NCBI GenBank assembly: GCA_964036045.1
Contig: OZ038378.1
Span: 171,368,001-171,432,000, forward strand
Source of the DNA: Eutreptiella sp. 'Long Island Sound 2002'
Lineage: Eukaryota > Protista > Euglenida
DNA: 64,000 nucleotides
Direction of reading: 5' to 3'
In this document: one piece after another, positions 36,783-48,876 of the stretch
Numbering within the stretch: the first letter of the stretch is position 1
Layout: each line of letters starts with the position of its first letter
Made by a program: the position numbers and the translations under genes
Notes under the pieces: model-generated
Told to the model about the DNA's origin: nothing
Seen by the model: only the letters and a program-made list of their open reading frames with translations
Database searches by the model: none

Positions 36783-37462
36783 CGGGGATCCCCACCGCTG
36801 CAGAGCGGGGGGCAAAATCAGAAGTGGCCCACAAGTGGGCAAAATGGCTACCTCACCCCTGCCGTCTCGGGGATCCCCACCGCTGCAGAGCGGGGGGCAA
36901 AATCAGAAGTGGCCCACAAGTGGGCGAAATGGCTACCTCACCCCTGCCATATCGGGGATCCCCGCCGCTTCAGAGCGGGGGGCAAAATCAGAAGTGGCCC
37001 TCAAGTGGGCAAATTGGCTACCTCACCCCTGCCATATCGGGGATCCCCGCCGCTTCAGAGCGGGGGGCAAAATCAGAAGTGGCCCACAAGTGAGCGAATT
37101 GGCTACCTCACCCCTGCCGTCTCGGGGATCCCCGCCGCTGCAGAGCGCGGGGCAAAATCAGAGGTGGCCCACAAGTGGGCGAAATGGCTACCTCACCCCT
37201 GCCGTATCGAGGATCCCCACCGCTTCAAAGCGGGGGGCAAAATCAGAAGTGGCCCACAAGTGGGCAAAATGGCTACCTCACCCCTGCCGTATCGGGGATC
37301 CCCACCGCTTCAAAGCGGGGGGCAAAATCAGAAGTGGCCCATAAATGGGCAAGGTGGCTACGTCACCCCTGCCACCTCGGGGATCCCCACCGCTTCAAAG
37401 CGGGGGTCAAAATCAGAAATGTCCAAAAAAAGGGCGGAAATGCAACGTCACCCTTGCATTGT
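36783..37462 (+). repeat. 85-bp tandem array, 8 copies plus a degenerate partial copy
   Basis: Unit starts at 36783, 36868, 36953, 37038, 37123, 37208, 37293 and 37378. Consensus cggggatccccNccgctNcagagcggggggcaaaatcagaagtggcccacaagtgggcaaaatggctacctcacccctgccgtNt. Confidence 0.97.
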
Positions 37463-39441
37463 GGGGGGCTCCTAGCTAAGGGGACAAAATCAAAAGTGGC
37501 TGAATTGGGGGCAAGGACAAAACTCTGGATGTGCAGTCCAAAAGAACAACACCAGAAAAAAAATCACACAAATGATGTTTGTGCGTCGAAAAACACCCTT
37601 AAAACCCCCCCTCGGACCATTTTAAAAAAAAGGGGGGGGGTTCAAAACCCCCCGCCCCCCTGCTTTTGTGCAAACTGGGCTATGAGGCAACACGCCCCTC
37701 GGCTAAGGGCTGTATGTGCAAGAGGGGGGAAAGCATCTCCCAACACCTCGCACCCTCACAACCCGGGACCCTCTCCATGCAACCCATGTCACGAGACAAC
37801 TGAAAGCAATCAAATGCTGCTGCATCTTATCTTCACGGATTCATAATGACGCTGGATCAGGGTCAATGCCCACTTGGCCTTGGCACGGACATATCCCAAG
37901 GATACGGTCGCGGCTTGTTCAACGGGCATGAATTGTGGACCCAGCCCTGCATGAAGCACACTGTGGCCTCAGCTTGGAATGCGATGTACGGCACCTGCTC
38001 TGGTGCGTGCAGCAATCCTCAGGACTTCCGACCACTTGCAAATTTCAACGCCTCAAATTGCCAAAGGCAAAAGAATCCCAACCCCCAAAAAATGACACCG
38101 TGGCCAATGCCAGAAACTCTGCCCCAATTCAGCTGGTTTGGCTCCCTTGCTCTCTATCTCTCGCTCTGTCTCTCTGCCGCCCCCCCCCCCCCCTCTCTCT
38201 GTAACGCTTAGCCTGAGCCCACCCTGATCTCGACTGAGAGGCACGTCAGACCAAACTGCAAAGCGTCTGCTGAGGCTCAGGCCTGCGACAATCCTGTGAC
38301 AATCCTGCAACCAAAACGGTGGTGATGTACATGACCACGGAACGCCCGCAGAGCCAAAGCGAGTTCCCTTGGAAATGCACAGGGGCAACCTCCAGTCTTA
38401 CATCAATCAATCTGGGGCATGCGCAGTTGGTGGGCTGTGTCGCTGTCCGGTTCCATCGTACAATCAACCCAACCAAATATTGTTCACACAGAACGCCTGC
38501 ACGAGGGCCAACATGCCAAAGAAGATGGACCCAGGGCCCCGGCTGGAAACCACTGCGCATGTCGGCGCATGCAACATAGTTGACCACAGCACATGCCACG
38601 CCTGCGCTGTGGGCGTGGGCGTGCCGCGCTGGGAAGCGCTGGCGGGAGATGCCCTGGCGCGGGTCGCGTTGCACGGCCGTCGTGGCCACACGCTACCTTT
38701 GGGTGCCTCGGAACAGTGGCTGGCTCGGGCACGTGATGTCGGAAGGACTCCTACTGCAGTTTCTGCCCCTCATAGCCTGTCCCAGAGGGAAGGGGCCATT
38801 TTGGTCTCTGTCCCACGCTGCGCTCTTCCCCGCGGAAGAAGCACAAGAGCATACTGTTCCCCTGGGCCGGCGACAATGTCACAGCAGTTGGCCCAGCCTC
38901 AAAAATGGGCACCGCCGGATGCGGTTGCAAGATGCAGCACCGCGAGTTGCACCCCCGCAGCACCCACTCCACTGCAGGCCCAACGCCATGGGCAGCAGCG
39001 CGCCCACGGAGGCCCGCTCCATTCTCGGGGGCCTGTCTGGGGTTGTGCAGGCTCGGACACACAGACCACAACACAAACGCAGCCTCTCATCTCCATGTCC
39101 AGACTCCGGGGAATCTATGTACAAGTGTCCTACCTACGGAGGGCACATGAGATGCCGGACAACTGAGTGGCACATGGTCCACGGCTGAGACCCGGCTCCC
39201 CAGCTGGACAAGGGCGACTACTGGACTCCTCAAGGACCACCCTGAGGCGGACACCCGAGGCATATGCGACACCAAGCTGCTCGCACACCTCACGCAGGGA
39301 GTGGCGGGGACGATTGGGAAGGAAGAACAGGTTTGCAAGCACGTAATGTCTCGGTTCAGCGTGCAGGTGCAACGTCGTCGAGAACGGCACTGCCCGCCCA
39401 ATACAAGCCTCCAATTACCAAACTCAATCCACCCCAGCACC

Positions 39442-42400
39442 TCAGAACCGCTGCAGCTGCTCCCGCATTCGCTGCAGCTCCTCCTCATCTTCCCGGGACC
39501 GCAGAGCCCGTGGGGCCAGTGGCATTCCGCCGGGCAGTCGGCGCCGCATTGCCGCAAGCTCGACTTCTACGGTGGAGTCCCCCTCTAATGCCCTAAATCG
39601 CTGTTCAATTCCAGGGGCCCCTGCAAGACCTTCAGTGACTTCGACATACGCCTGTGAAGAAGGTTGCCGAGTGGTGTGGCATGCTGAGTTTGGCTTTGGG
39701 ATTAGGCTGAATAAAACTGGCACTTGCGGCAATAGAATTTGACGTGCTTCTATGCTTTCTGGGAAAAGGAGAAAAATCTACAGACTGCAGAACCAAATAA
39801 ACACCTACTCCATATATGTCATCCCCAGGTGACATAAATATTCTGGGTGTGCCACTCTACACCCACCAAAAGGGTGGGGTGGCTGGGTGACATGAATATT
39901 GTTTGAATGCTGCCTCTCGGCCCACGGGGGGTGCTATGCCTCATTTCAGTGTACCTCATTCCCTTGCAAGGGTGACACAATTATGGGGGGCGATCTAATT
40001 TTGGGGAGGGGGAGGAGGACTGTTGACCCCGCATGTACTGTTCACTGAACTCGGCAAGGGCCACGTAACGCTTGGCGAAGTTAGACCTCTGTGCTCTGCC
40101 TCACACATACTTCCGAGGGATATTGCAGGGTTGACTGGAATTGCACCCAAGAGACTGGATGGGTATGCACCCCCTGCTCACCCACACCCCGAATACCCAT
40201 GATATACAGTCTAGAGGAGGCGACAACAGGAGGCCCTTCAACACACACGTATAAGGTTTGCCCTGCCAATCACTCTCCGGTATCTACAGTCGTGCAGGCC
40301 TGTTTTCCAGAGTGCTTTGTCTTTGCTATTGGTGTACCTCGTTGAGCGACACCCTCCCTGTAAAACCCATTGCCCGTGCAATGCAAGCCTTACGCATCTC
40401 TGTGTGACACATCCCCTGGAAATTAGGGAGATCTAACCACCAGGATCATTGGTACAGACGTTGTGACCGACTTTCTTTTGTTCTGTGCATTACGCTCCCT
40501 GCTCCAACGTTTGACAACGTGTTTTGGCCTGGTCATCCTGCCCTGAGCATCAAAGCCCAATTGTGTTTCTACTGCGAGGTTCTCTGGATCCTGTTAAGCT
40601 GTTTTGCGTCTTTTGTGTCCCCCACCACCCAGTCCCCCCTCCCCATTGTGCCCCACACATGCTTTGCCTGTTTGCATTTGCATCGTGCTCTGTTTTTGAT
40701 TTATGTTTGTTCCCTGCCATCCCGATGATGTCGTGTGTGTGCTAATTCCCTGTGATGCTGGGCTTGTAACAGACAAATGTTCAGCATGTACTCGGGTAGA
40801 GGACACCACCTTTCATGAATTCGGTAGTATAGCATCACCCTTTGGAGTGCTGCATGCTGGGGAAGGTCCTTGGTCTTTCCCAGGCATGGTGCAGTGATGC
40901 AGTCCATGAGTCAGTCTGAATCTGCCATCTGCTGAGGTGTCCTATTGCTTTCATTATTGTGCACAATTTGTGCTGGTGTTTGTTCGTTGTGGTTGGTTCT
41001 GTGGAGAAAAGAGGGAGTTCCTGTACATCCTACGGCAAAACCGCATGAGTTCCTCTCGTAACAGAGCCATTGGATGATTTATTTTCCTTAACGATCACAG
41101 GTCACCACTGCTCTGGCAATGCGTTCTCACGGTCATTTGCTGCCCCCAGAAAAGGGATAACAGCCCAAAGCCAGCACCCAGACTTTGTGGTGGCTTGAAA
41201 TTGGGGCCAACTGGGTATGGGTATGGGGTGGGTGGGTATTTCAAATAAAATTCAATTGCTTGCCAAAGCTCTCAGAAAATGAATTAACAATACTTCAAAA
41301 AATTAATCTCAGTGATAATTATTGAGAGAGGGGAAGGATGCTTGGTTGTGCGGTGCGGGGGTCTTGCACTGCGGGCGCGCAGTGCGCAATGTTTGAAGCG
41401 ATTCTCTTTGCGGAAAGCAAATTAGATCGTCACCTCCAGATACACTGCTGCCAGATAATTGCACTGCACATACACCACCTGTGCACCGCCTAGTCCGATC
41501 CTGACCTGCAACCATTCTTGTGCAGTGAATCTGGGGCATACCTCGAGCTGCTGTACTTTTTCCTCCATGCGCTTAAATGCTGCCGCAGCACTGCCCACGT
41601 CTAGCCCCGCCACACTGTCATACACCCACCGGGACGTCTTCGCAGCCTTGGCCCGTGCCAACAGCTGGGCTCTGTTGGCCTTTGCCTCCTCAAGCCGCCC
41701 CTCCATCGTTCCCATGGCCTTCAGCAGATTTTCACAGAGTGGCTGGCTTTTGTCGAGCTGGTCCTGCAGCCGCTCCAGCGTGGCCTGCTCGGCCTGCTTG
41801 CGTCGCAAGGCCTCCCGTGCCAAGCCTTCATCCCCCACCTGCAGCGCTAATTGGGCACGTCTTTGCCACACACGGACTGTTTCCTGCGACTGCCGCAGCA
41901 GCGTCTACACAGCGGATATGGTACGTTGTGTCTGAGATCTATTGGTCAGCAATACACGGCACATGGCTTGAAAGGGCATGCACGCATGCATGCGCACACA
42001 CACACACACACACACTGCCTGAAAGAGACCAGAAAAGGCCCAGCAGGCCCAGCAGAGACAAACGCACGCTCGCACGCACTTCGTGTGTGCTTTCTCCTTC
42101 TGCTTAACCCCTGAGGTGTCTTACGATACTGGCTATGCGGCAGTACTTGGGAAGGGGAAGAAACTGCACTTACATGTGGACATATGTGGCAGTCCAATCT
42201 CGAGTGTGTTGTACGCACGTTGTATGGCATTGTACATGCTACCAGCCCTCAGCAAGGCACCTTGAAGAGGGTGGGGGTGGACATACCTTTGAGAGGCCCA
42301 TGGCCTGGATGTGGCTGACGATGGGTGGCAGTGCACTTAAATTCACTAAATAGCTACATAGCCAAATAGCTTGGGCTGTTGAGGCTGAAAACTGCATGGG

Positions 42401-45400
42401 CAGGTTGCGCACCAGTCCCTTGGACCCCAGCCCAGAATCCAAAGGCCAAACGGGCTGAAAGAAGGTTGCGCACCGGTCCCCTGGGAAGGACCCCCCCCCC
42501 GCACTCCATGGCAACATGGGGTAGAAAACAAAGGGTCTAAAACATACTTCACATGGGGCATTCGGCCGTCGTGGGTGGGCACAACACCAAAAAAATCAGA
42601 TTTTGAAAGTTTGAGTTTTGAGCTGTCATGGCTGAACGCATTAGCAGGTTGTCTCTTGACCCCCATCACCACCGGCACCCAATGGCCAAACACACACACA
42701 CACACACAGGTTCTAAAACATGCTTCACATGGGATATTTGAGCATTGTGGGCAACATCAAAATAATCAGTTTCGAAAACTTCGATTTCTAAAAGCACAAG
42801 CAGTTTGTACCTCTAAACAAGCTACAAACAGCAATTTCGGAGGTTTCAAGGGGCCCATTACACAGGCCTACCAGCTACCACGTGGGTCTCCATGGGTGCT
42901 AGAGTACCTGGACTGACACCAAATGATAACCCCAACCCATCCAACGGCTGACAAAAGGTTGTCCGAAAAAGTCAAAGTTTCGAAAAATTCTGAGCAGCCA
43001 CTGATCAGCCTACGAACATCTTCGTTGCTTTTGGAGGAAGGCGCGGGGGGGGGGGGGGGACCCTGGCTACATGGCACATTTTGGTGCCCCCCAACCCTGC
43101 CCCCCGAAAAAGCGGTACCCAGCAATATGGGGGGCTGAAGGGTCAAAATCAGAAAATTCATTGGGGGATCATTTTGTCCCCCAATTGATGATATCACAAC
43201 GGGTTAAACATCCAATTTCATGCATTGCAGAATGCAACACAAAGACTGCCAAAAATGGGGGGTATATGGCACTCGCACCTGCGCTTGATCTAACGACCCT
43301 CTTAGAGGTGATTTTCCGGCACACCCAGCCAATGCCAATGCCAACTGCCCTGCCACAGGGTTTGATCGTCGTCTCACTCCGTTCACTGGTTCGCGCCTGT
43401 GGCCGTCTTTTGTAGCCCATGGCAGTTCATTTCTCGCCTGCGGCAGTGCGGATTGCAGCTGTCCGCACCCTGTGATGAAGTGGTGCCTGCTCTTTGAGGC
43501 TGTCTGGGGGCCTGCTATGGCCGAATTTCCTCCTCCTTGGTACACAAACACACACACACACACACAAAGAAACATGAACGCGCACAAAAACTTGCGACTT
43601 GAGGGCTTGGGACCCTCAGGTCTGTACCAAAAATGGCAAACTTCCTGTGTCCAAATTGAGTTTCCCCAGAATTAAAGAGGGCGGGGGAGCTTGGCCTTAG
43701 GCGACCCTCCCTAAAACTGTCTCACCGCCGTTTGGCAACGATCCACCGACCCTCCACCCGGATCCCTGGGGCCATCGGGGCTCTGTGGTGCGGGGCGAGC
43801 CCTGTTCGGTGTTCGCACACACAATGGTTCCCTCAACAGCCGCTATGGTGCGTGCACTCACCAGTTCAGCTGTCTTGTCATCTCCTGGGCCACTGCACTG
43901 CGTATCGGACGTGGGGCACAATGAACGGGGCGGTCAGCACCTCCGTTCGCTTCTGCGTGGCAAGCACTTCACTGTAGGCGTGCCGAATCTTGATGACCTC
44001 CGTTTCCATGTCACGGATTGCTTGCTCAATCACCTGCGAAATGGAAGGGGGGTACCAACCAAAACCCCAGTCCCCCAAGCGAGACATATTTGCACAGCCT
44101 CACGAGGGTCTGCAAACGGCAACCCAACGTGTGTCTCTGGAGGGCCCTGTTGCCAGCTGTTCCCCGTCATCCTCCTGGCCTGTGTATTGGACAGCTCCCG
44201 CACAAACGTGTGCAAACTACACCAAAAAGCCGGGAAACAAGAAACCCGGACCATCCAGTAGCCATCTCACAGCCGGTTCAAATGGCTTGAAATGAAAAAT
44301 CCTGAAAGAAAGGGCCTGTGGGCCAGGCAGAAAGTCAAAGGGGGAAAATGTACGGGGGATAACCCCGCGTACTGCACCGCGCGCACACAGCGCATGCAAA
44401 ATCCGGCAACGCAAGAGCCAATACAAACACCAGCATTGCATAATGCACCGCGCGCGCACCGAGGCAGAGTATCCCCAATGGGCCAGGGAACAGGTCAATG
44501 TCCGGGGAAAAGACCACGGGGATGCAGTTCTGCTCGTGGCACAGAAAAGGACGTCCTTTCCACAAAACACAACCCTGGCAGTATGCTGTGGCCTGAAGCT
44601 TCGTCTGCGCGGGCCCGGTGCGGTGTGGGCCTTGCAGGGGACAGTCAGTACAAAAAAAAGCTTCGTCTGCGCAACCCTCTCTTCCAGTGCCAAGTTGCGC
44701 CGAGCTCCAGACCGTCATCCAGACTATCAAACCAGGGAAGGGGGGCAAACGGGTGCCATCCCCCGGGAGGTCGAGAGTATACACCGGAGGTTTGACATCG
44801 GCGCTGACTGCCTGTCGTGTACCAAAGGGTTGCAGGCACAAACACTCCGTGTTAGGCGTCCGTCAGAAATAGCCACTCGCTTGCTCGGGGTGGTTGGCGA
44901 GTGAAATGGGCAGTTTGTATGACCGCTGCATTGCACTGATATTCCTTGTTTCGAGCGTCTTGGGCCCGGTTGAAGGGATCTATACCAATTTGATGGCCTC
45001 GTGGAATGGGACCTGAGGTCAGTGGGAGAACGGTGACAGGCATTTCCATAAAGGACCATACTTCTCTCTATCGTTCAGGCAGTTGGCAGTTGGCAAACAC
45101 CGATGCTGTGAACTGATACTGCCGGGGTGCTGGACTTTCCTCGGCCTGGAAAAGGAACCTCGCCCCTTCCATCGACCATCGACCACCGGCCATCGACCGC
45201 CGTCAAGTGACCGCCAGGACTGTCCCTTGTAAGACGCCAACCGCTGGCGACCGCCCATGCGACTCCCCAATGAGCACCCAATTTGCCCATCCCACTGAGA
45301 CATGACGCTCTGTCATAAAGCACCGCAACAGTAAGCATTGCCCTATGGACCACCCTGTTAAGGGAAAGAGGGCCTTTCAGGAGAGACGATTGCATTCTCG

Positions 45401-46241
45401 CCGACTGCTTCCGTTGGACCCTCAGCCACCTTGCAACCGCCAGACCTCCGGCCGCTTTGAAACTGCCGGAACTTGAACACATCCGTTTTTGCATCCGCCT
45501 AACCGCTTGCAACCGCCTTTGCAACAACATGTGACACATGCTTCAGGCTCCATCCCCTCTCCCTTTGAAGCATGCCCACTTAGCCATCACCTTCTCCGGA
45601 TCCTCCAGCTCCTGCAGCACGGCAGTCACCCAGGAGCGCACGAGCCGTGCTGCTCGCTCGAACACGTTGTACACGGCGGTGGGTCGACGCTCAGTGCGCC
45701 GCCCGGTCACGTAACTCAGGGCCACGCGTGTGTCACTGGCAAACTCTACGAACCCTGGGCGACGGCGCTTGTGGCGCATTCGGTACAAAGCAGTCAACGT
45801 CAGGGTGGCCGCTGCAGCCACCAGGGCAGTATGTGCGACGTTGGGGTGTGTTTCCTGTTCCAGCGCCGGTTCCAGCAGGGACGCAGCACCCTCATCGGCA
45901 GGGGCGCGCAATGCTGGGTGCCGGGTCGGGGTGCGGTGGGGAGGATGACCCGGGCCTTCTGCCTGGGGTATGGCGGCGCTGGATGGTGTTGGTTGGAGGG
46001 GCGACACAACTGTGATAGCAGACCTTGGGTACCAGTGGACAGTCTGGCCAACAGCCTGTGGGAAGGCCTGAGTCACACTCACGCCTTCATTCGCATGCAG
46101 GCCCAGAGCGGCGCCTGCAGCGGCTCCAAGGAGCACCACAGAAGCGAGCAAAATGGTCACGTTGCCTGTGGGCTTGGATTGTGCAGTGTGGCCGTGTGTT
46201 GGTGTGGGGCTTGTGTCTGTGACGGGAATGGCAAAATCCAT
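39442..46241 (-). CDS. VIPP1: Plastid-targeted VIPP1/IM30 (PspA/ESCRT-III-like), ~438 aa with a long euglenid-type presequence
   Basis: Exons 46241-45591, 44033-43941, 41904-41542 and 39651-39442; all introns GT-AG, phase 0. Motifs NVFERAARLVRSW..LEDPEKVIEQ, WQRRAQLALQVGDEGLAREALRRK, LLARAKAAKT, AFKRMEEKV, and a C-terminal EEELQRMREQL helix. Two hydrophobic segments precede the mature region. Confidence 0.92.
43100..43315 (+). repeat. Family B segment in VIPP1 intron 2
   Basis: Aligns with 20190-20410 and 55240-55412 (gaaaattcattggggga...cgcacctgcgcttgatctaacgaccctcttagaggtgattt). Confidence 0.85.
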
Positions 46242-46245
46242 TGTG

Positions 46246-46275
46246 CTATGGGATGGTATAAGCAAGCACTGGAGG
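46246..46275 (-). promoter_or_regulatory. Candidate spliced-leader trans-splice acceptor of VIPP1
   Basis: Minus strand reads gcttgcttataccatcccatAG|cacaATG, with the AG 4 nt upstream of the start codon. Confidence 0.4.
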
Positions 46276-46559
46276 ATGGAATTGCAGAGAGATGCAGGAT
46301 TTGTAACGAGGAAAGGGGCAGGTTCTGCGCAGCGCGTGCTCAGAAACCATGGTTCGGATGAATTTTATGTGGACCAACATCGAAACCACCCAGCACCAAA
46401 GCCAGCATGCACAGGTCGAAAGCTGCAGCTAAATATCATACAAGAGTACAAAGTGTTTGTCCAATATATCCTTTGAACATAACCCTTGGGCTTATGGCTT
46501 AGTATGCAAGAGCCATACATGGGCTGTGTTGAAGAACACAACCATAGGACTTGCCATCA

Positions 46560-46780
46560 ACAAGGAGGTGCCTGGAGTCCGCCTCCATGTAGTAACAGAC
46601 TCAGAATTTGTCTGTGAAGGTCTCATTGGTAAGTGTGCCAAGTGGAAGAGGCACGGGTGGGTGGGTTGGAGGGGCCATTGGCACATGTAGACCTGTGAGG
46701 GCAGCTATGATTACAGGGGAGGTTGTTGGGATACAGTGTGTTGGTTCAGTGGGTTCAGTTCCATGTGGGAGGTATGGCAG
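46560..46780 (+). pseudogene. RNase H1-like domain relic of a retroelement
   Basis: VPGVRLHVVTDSEFVCEGLIGKCAKWKRHGWVG...H(V)DL...VQWV..HVG matches the RNase H TDS, WxxxGW..DLW and WVxxH motifs; frameshifted. Confidence 0.8.
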
Positions 46781-47784
46781 TATAAGGGGGAGCAGAATCT
46801 CTGGGAACAGGTGGGCTTGGGGAAATGGAGGAGGTTGACGAAGAGTGGGTGTCAGACTGTGAGGTCGATAGTGGTGGTGAAAAAGAGTAGAGGGGAAAAT
46901 CAATTGGAGAGGCATGTTAGAAACCTTGATTTGTGTGCATGTAGCTTGAAACCTGTATTTTTGTACAGGTTGCATATGTAAAGACACTTTTTTTTGAGGG
47001 GGCGATGAATCCTTTACCATGCACCAAAGTAGTAGCGACACAGCAAATGTTCAAATGCTGTGAAGTGCTGTCGGCAGTTCATGCGAACTTAACCTACTGT
47101 GAACCAGGCAACTTCATTGCTGCAAAAACAAACTCAAAACAAACACGCAGCATGTCCAATAGTGTCATGCACCATGCACTCAGGGCTGCTATGTACACTC
47201 TCAATGCCTTATTGACACTTATTGTGGGTACGGTACCTCAGTGCCTCTATTTAAGGCAGCGCCTCTTTACAAACTCACATCCCAAGCTGTATGGCGAGTC
47301 CACGCCACTGCTAATGTCATCACCACTGTCACCATGACTCCTGTGACTCTGCCACTGTCAACGGATGAAGAATAGCAGTCTAGGAGTGCCGATGACTTTT
47401 TTTCAGGCTGGGTCACGATGCTTTCGGCAGTTCTTACAACTTAAACAACTGCAAACCAGGCAACTTCATTGCAATAACAACCGCAAGACAAACCTACTGC
47501 ACGCACAAGTCATCATGCACTGTGCTCCTGTGTTGCTTCATACACTCCCACCATAGTGTTGACAGTTCTTGACTATGCAGCACTACAGTCAGCTTGTCTG
47601 TTTGAGCCTGCATGCTGTGGCAATGTCACGATACTGTCGCCGTCATGTGGTCGTGACCGTCCTCACCATTGCTGATATGCCCTGATGTCACCCACCGTCT
47701 GTTTCACCTATCAATGTCTTTTCATGCGCCGGTAATGCACAGCGGGTTGTTGTCTCCAAAGTACACCCATACCCTGCACGTGCT

Positions 47785-47911
47785 CCCCCCCCCCCTTGTT
47801 GACACAACCAAAAGACGTTCGGACCCACAGAGGGTCAGAATGTGTAAGGGCGAAAGGCCAATAGGCGCCATCAAAGGCAAACAAACCAACACCATGGCCT
47901 TGTGCTCAACA
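47785..47911. mobile_element. ~125-bp insertion starting with C-tract+TTG
   Basis: Absent from the homologous empty site at about 63475-63495. Confidence 0.6.
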
Positions 47912-48010
47912 CCCCCCGCCCACCCCAGTCTCTTTACGGGAACCATCAGAAAATGCCAGTCCCATCCTCCCCTTGAACTTTCTTCTCAGTTTGGCTCTAC
48001 ATCCTATGTA

Positions 48011-48876
48011 CCCCCCCCCCCCTTGTCTCAGCTACAAAAAAAGTCCCAAAATTAATACGGTCCCTGCGCCTACTGTAGCTTCCACAAGGACATAGCTTGC
48101 GCGCAACACATGCAACTACCAACATGGTGAGCTGGTGCAAGCAAGGCAAATATAATGCACAAATATGCCAAAATCAGAGCTATCTGGGTTCAAGTGGGCA
48201 AACGCTCACCAAAAATGTGTCCATGACTCTATATAATTGGCAAATTTGTTACCAAACCCATGCCTTATGTGCTTGCACTACATTTGGTACCGAATTAAAT
48301 TGGGTGCAAATTTGGTACGCTCCCTGCGCCCGATATAGCTTCGGGGGCATTTGTGCATAATGCGTGCAAAAGGCACACAGCAGGCACAATGCACATTTTA
48401 CGGGGAGAAATTGGGCATTTTTGAGCAAATAGCAATATTCTTGCCCATGCACACCACACTACACCCCCACAACCTAGGGCAGTGCGAGGGGTGGTTGCCC
48501 CTTCTTCCTGCTTCCTGCAATGTCAAAGGAGGCATCCCGAGCACCCGACGATACCTACCTACCTATTGCCACCACCCCTATCCCGTGCCGAAGCCGAGGT
48601 ATTCCATCTCTTTTTTCATGAACTCGCATTTGTCGAGCTGGAGACGGAACGATTTTCCTGGCAGACGGTGAACAATTCTTGGAGGGGGAGCAAATGGTCC
48701 TCCGGGGTATTAGTACCCAAACTCACCTCTTCGATGTGAGCCTGCATTTCCGCTCCTTTGGATATGACCTTGGGTATGGGTCTTGTATTAACAGCGCGCG
48801 TACAATGCAAGCACAACGCGCAATACAACCCCTTAGACAGGACCGTAGCTAAGACAAATGGTGGGGGGGGGGGGGG
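48011..48876. mobile_element. ~870-bp non-autonomous fold-back element
   Basis: Left C12-TTGTCTCAGCTAC; right GTAGCTAAGACAA-atggt-G14. The empty site tatgta(a)catcaac is present at about 63567-63580. Confidence 0.8.

Noticed and set aside
36783-37462. 85-bp array as a CRISPR array
   Set aside because: Units are near-identical along their whole length, there are no unique spacers or cas genes, and the context is eukaryotic.
36348-37475. 375-aa plus-strand ORF and other repeat-spanning ORFs
   Set aside because: Antisense shadow of the transposase plus translation of the 85-bp array.
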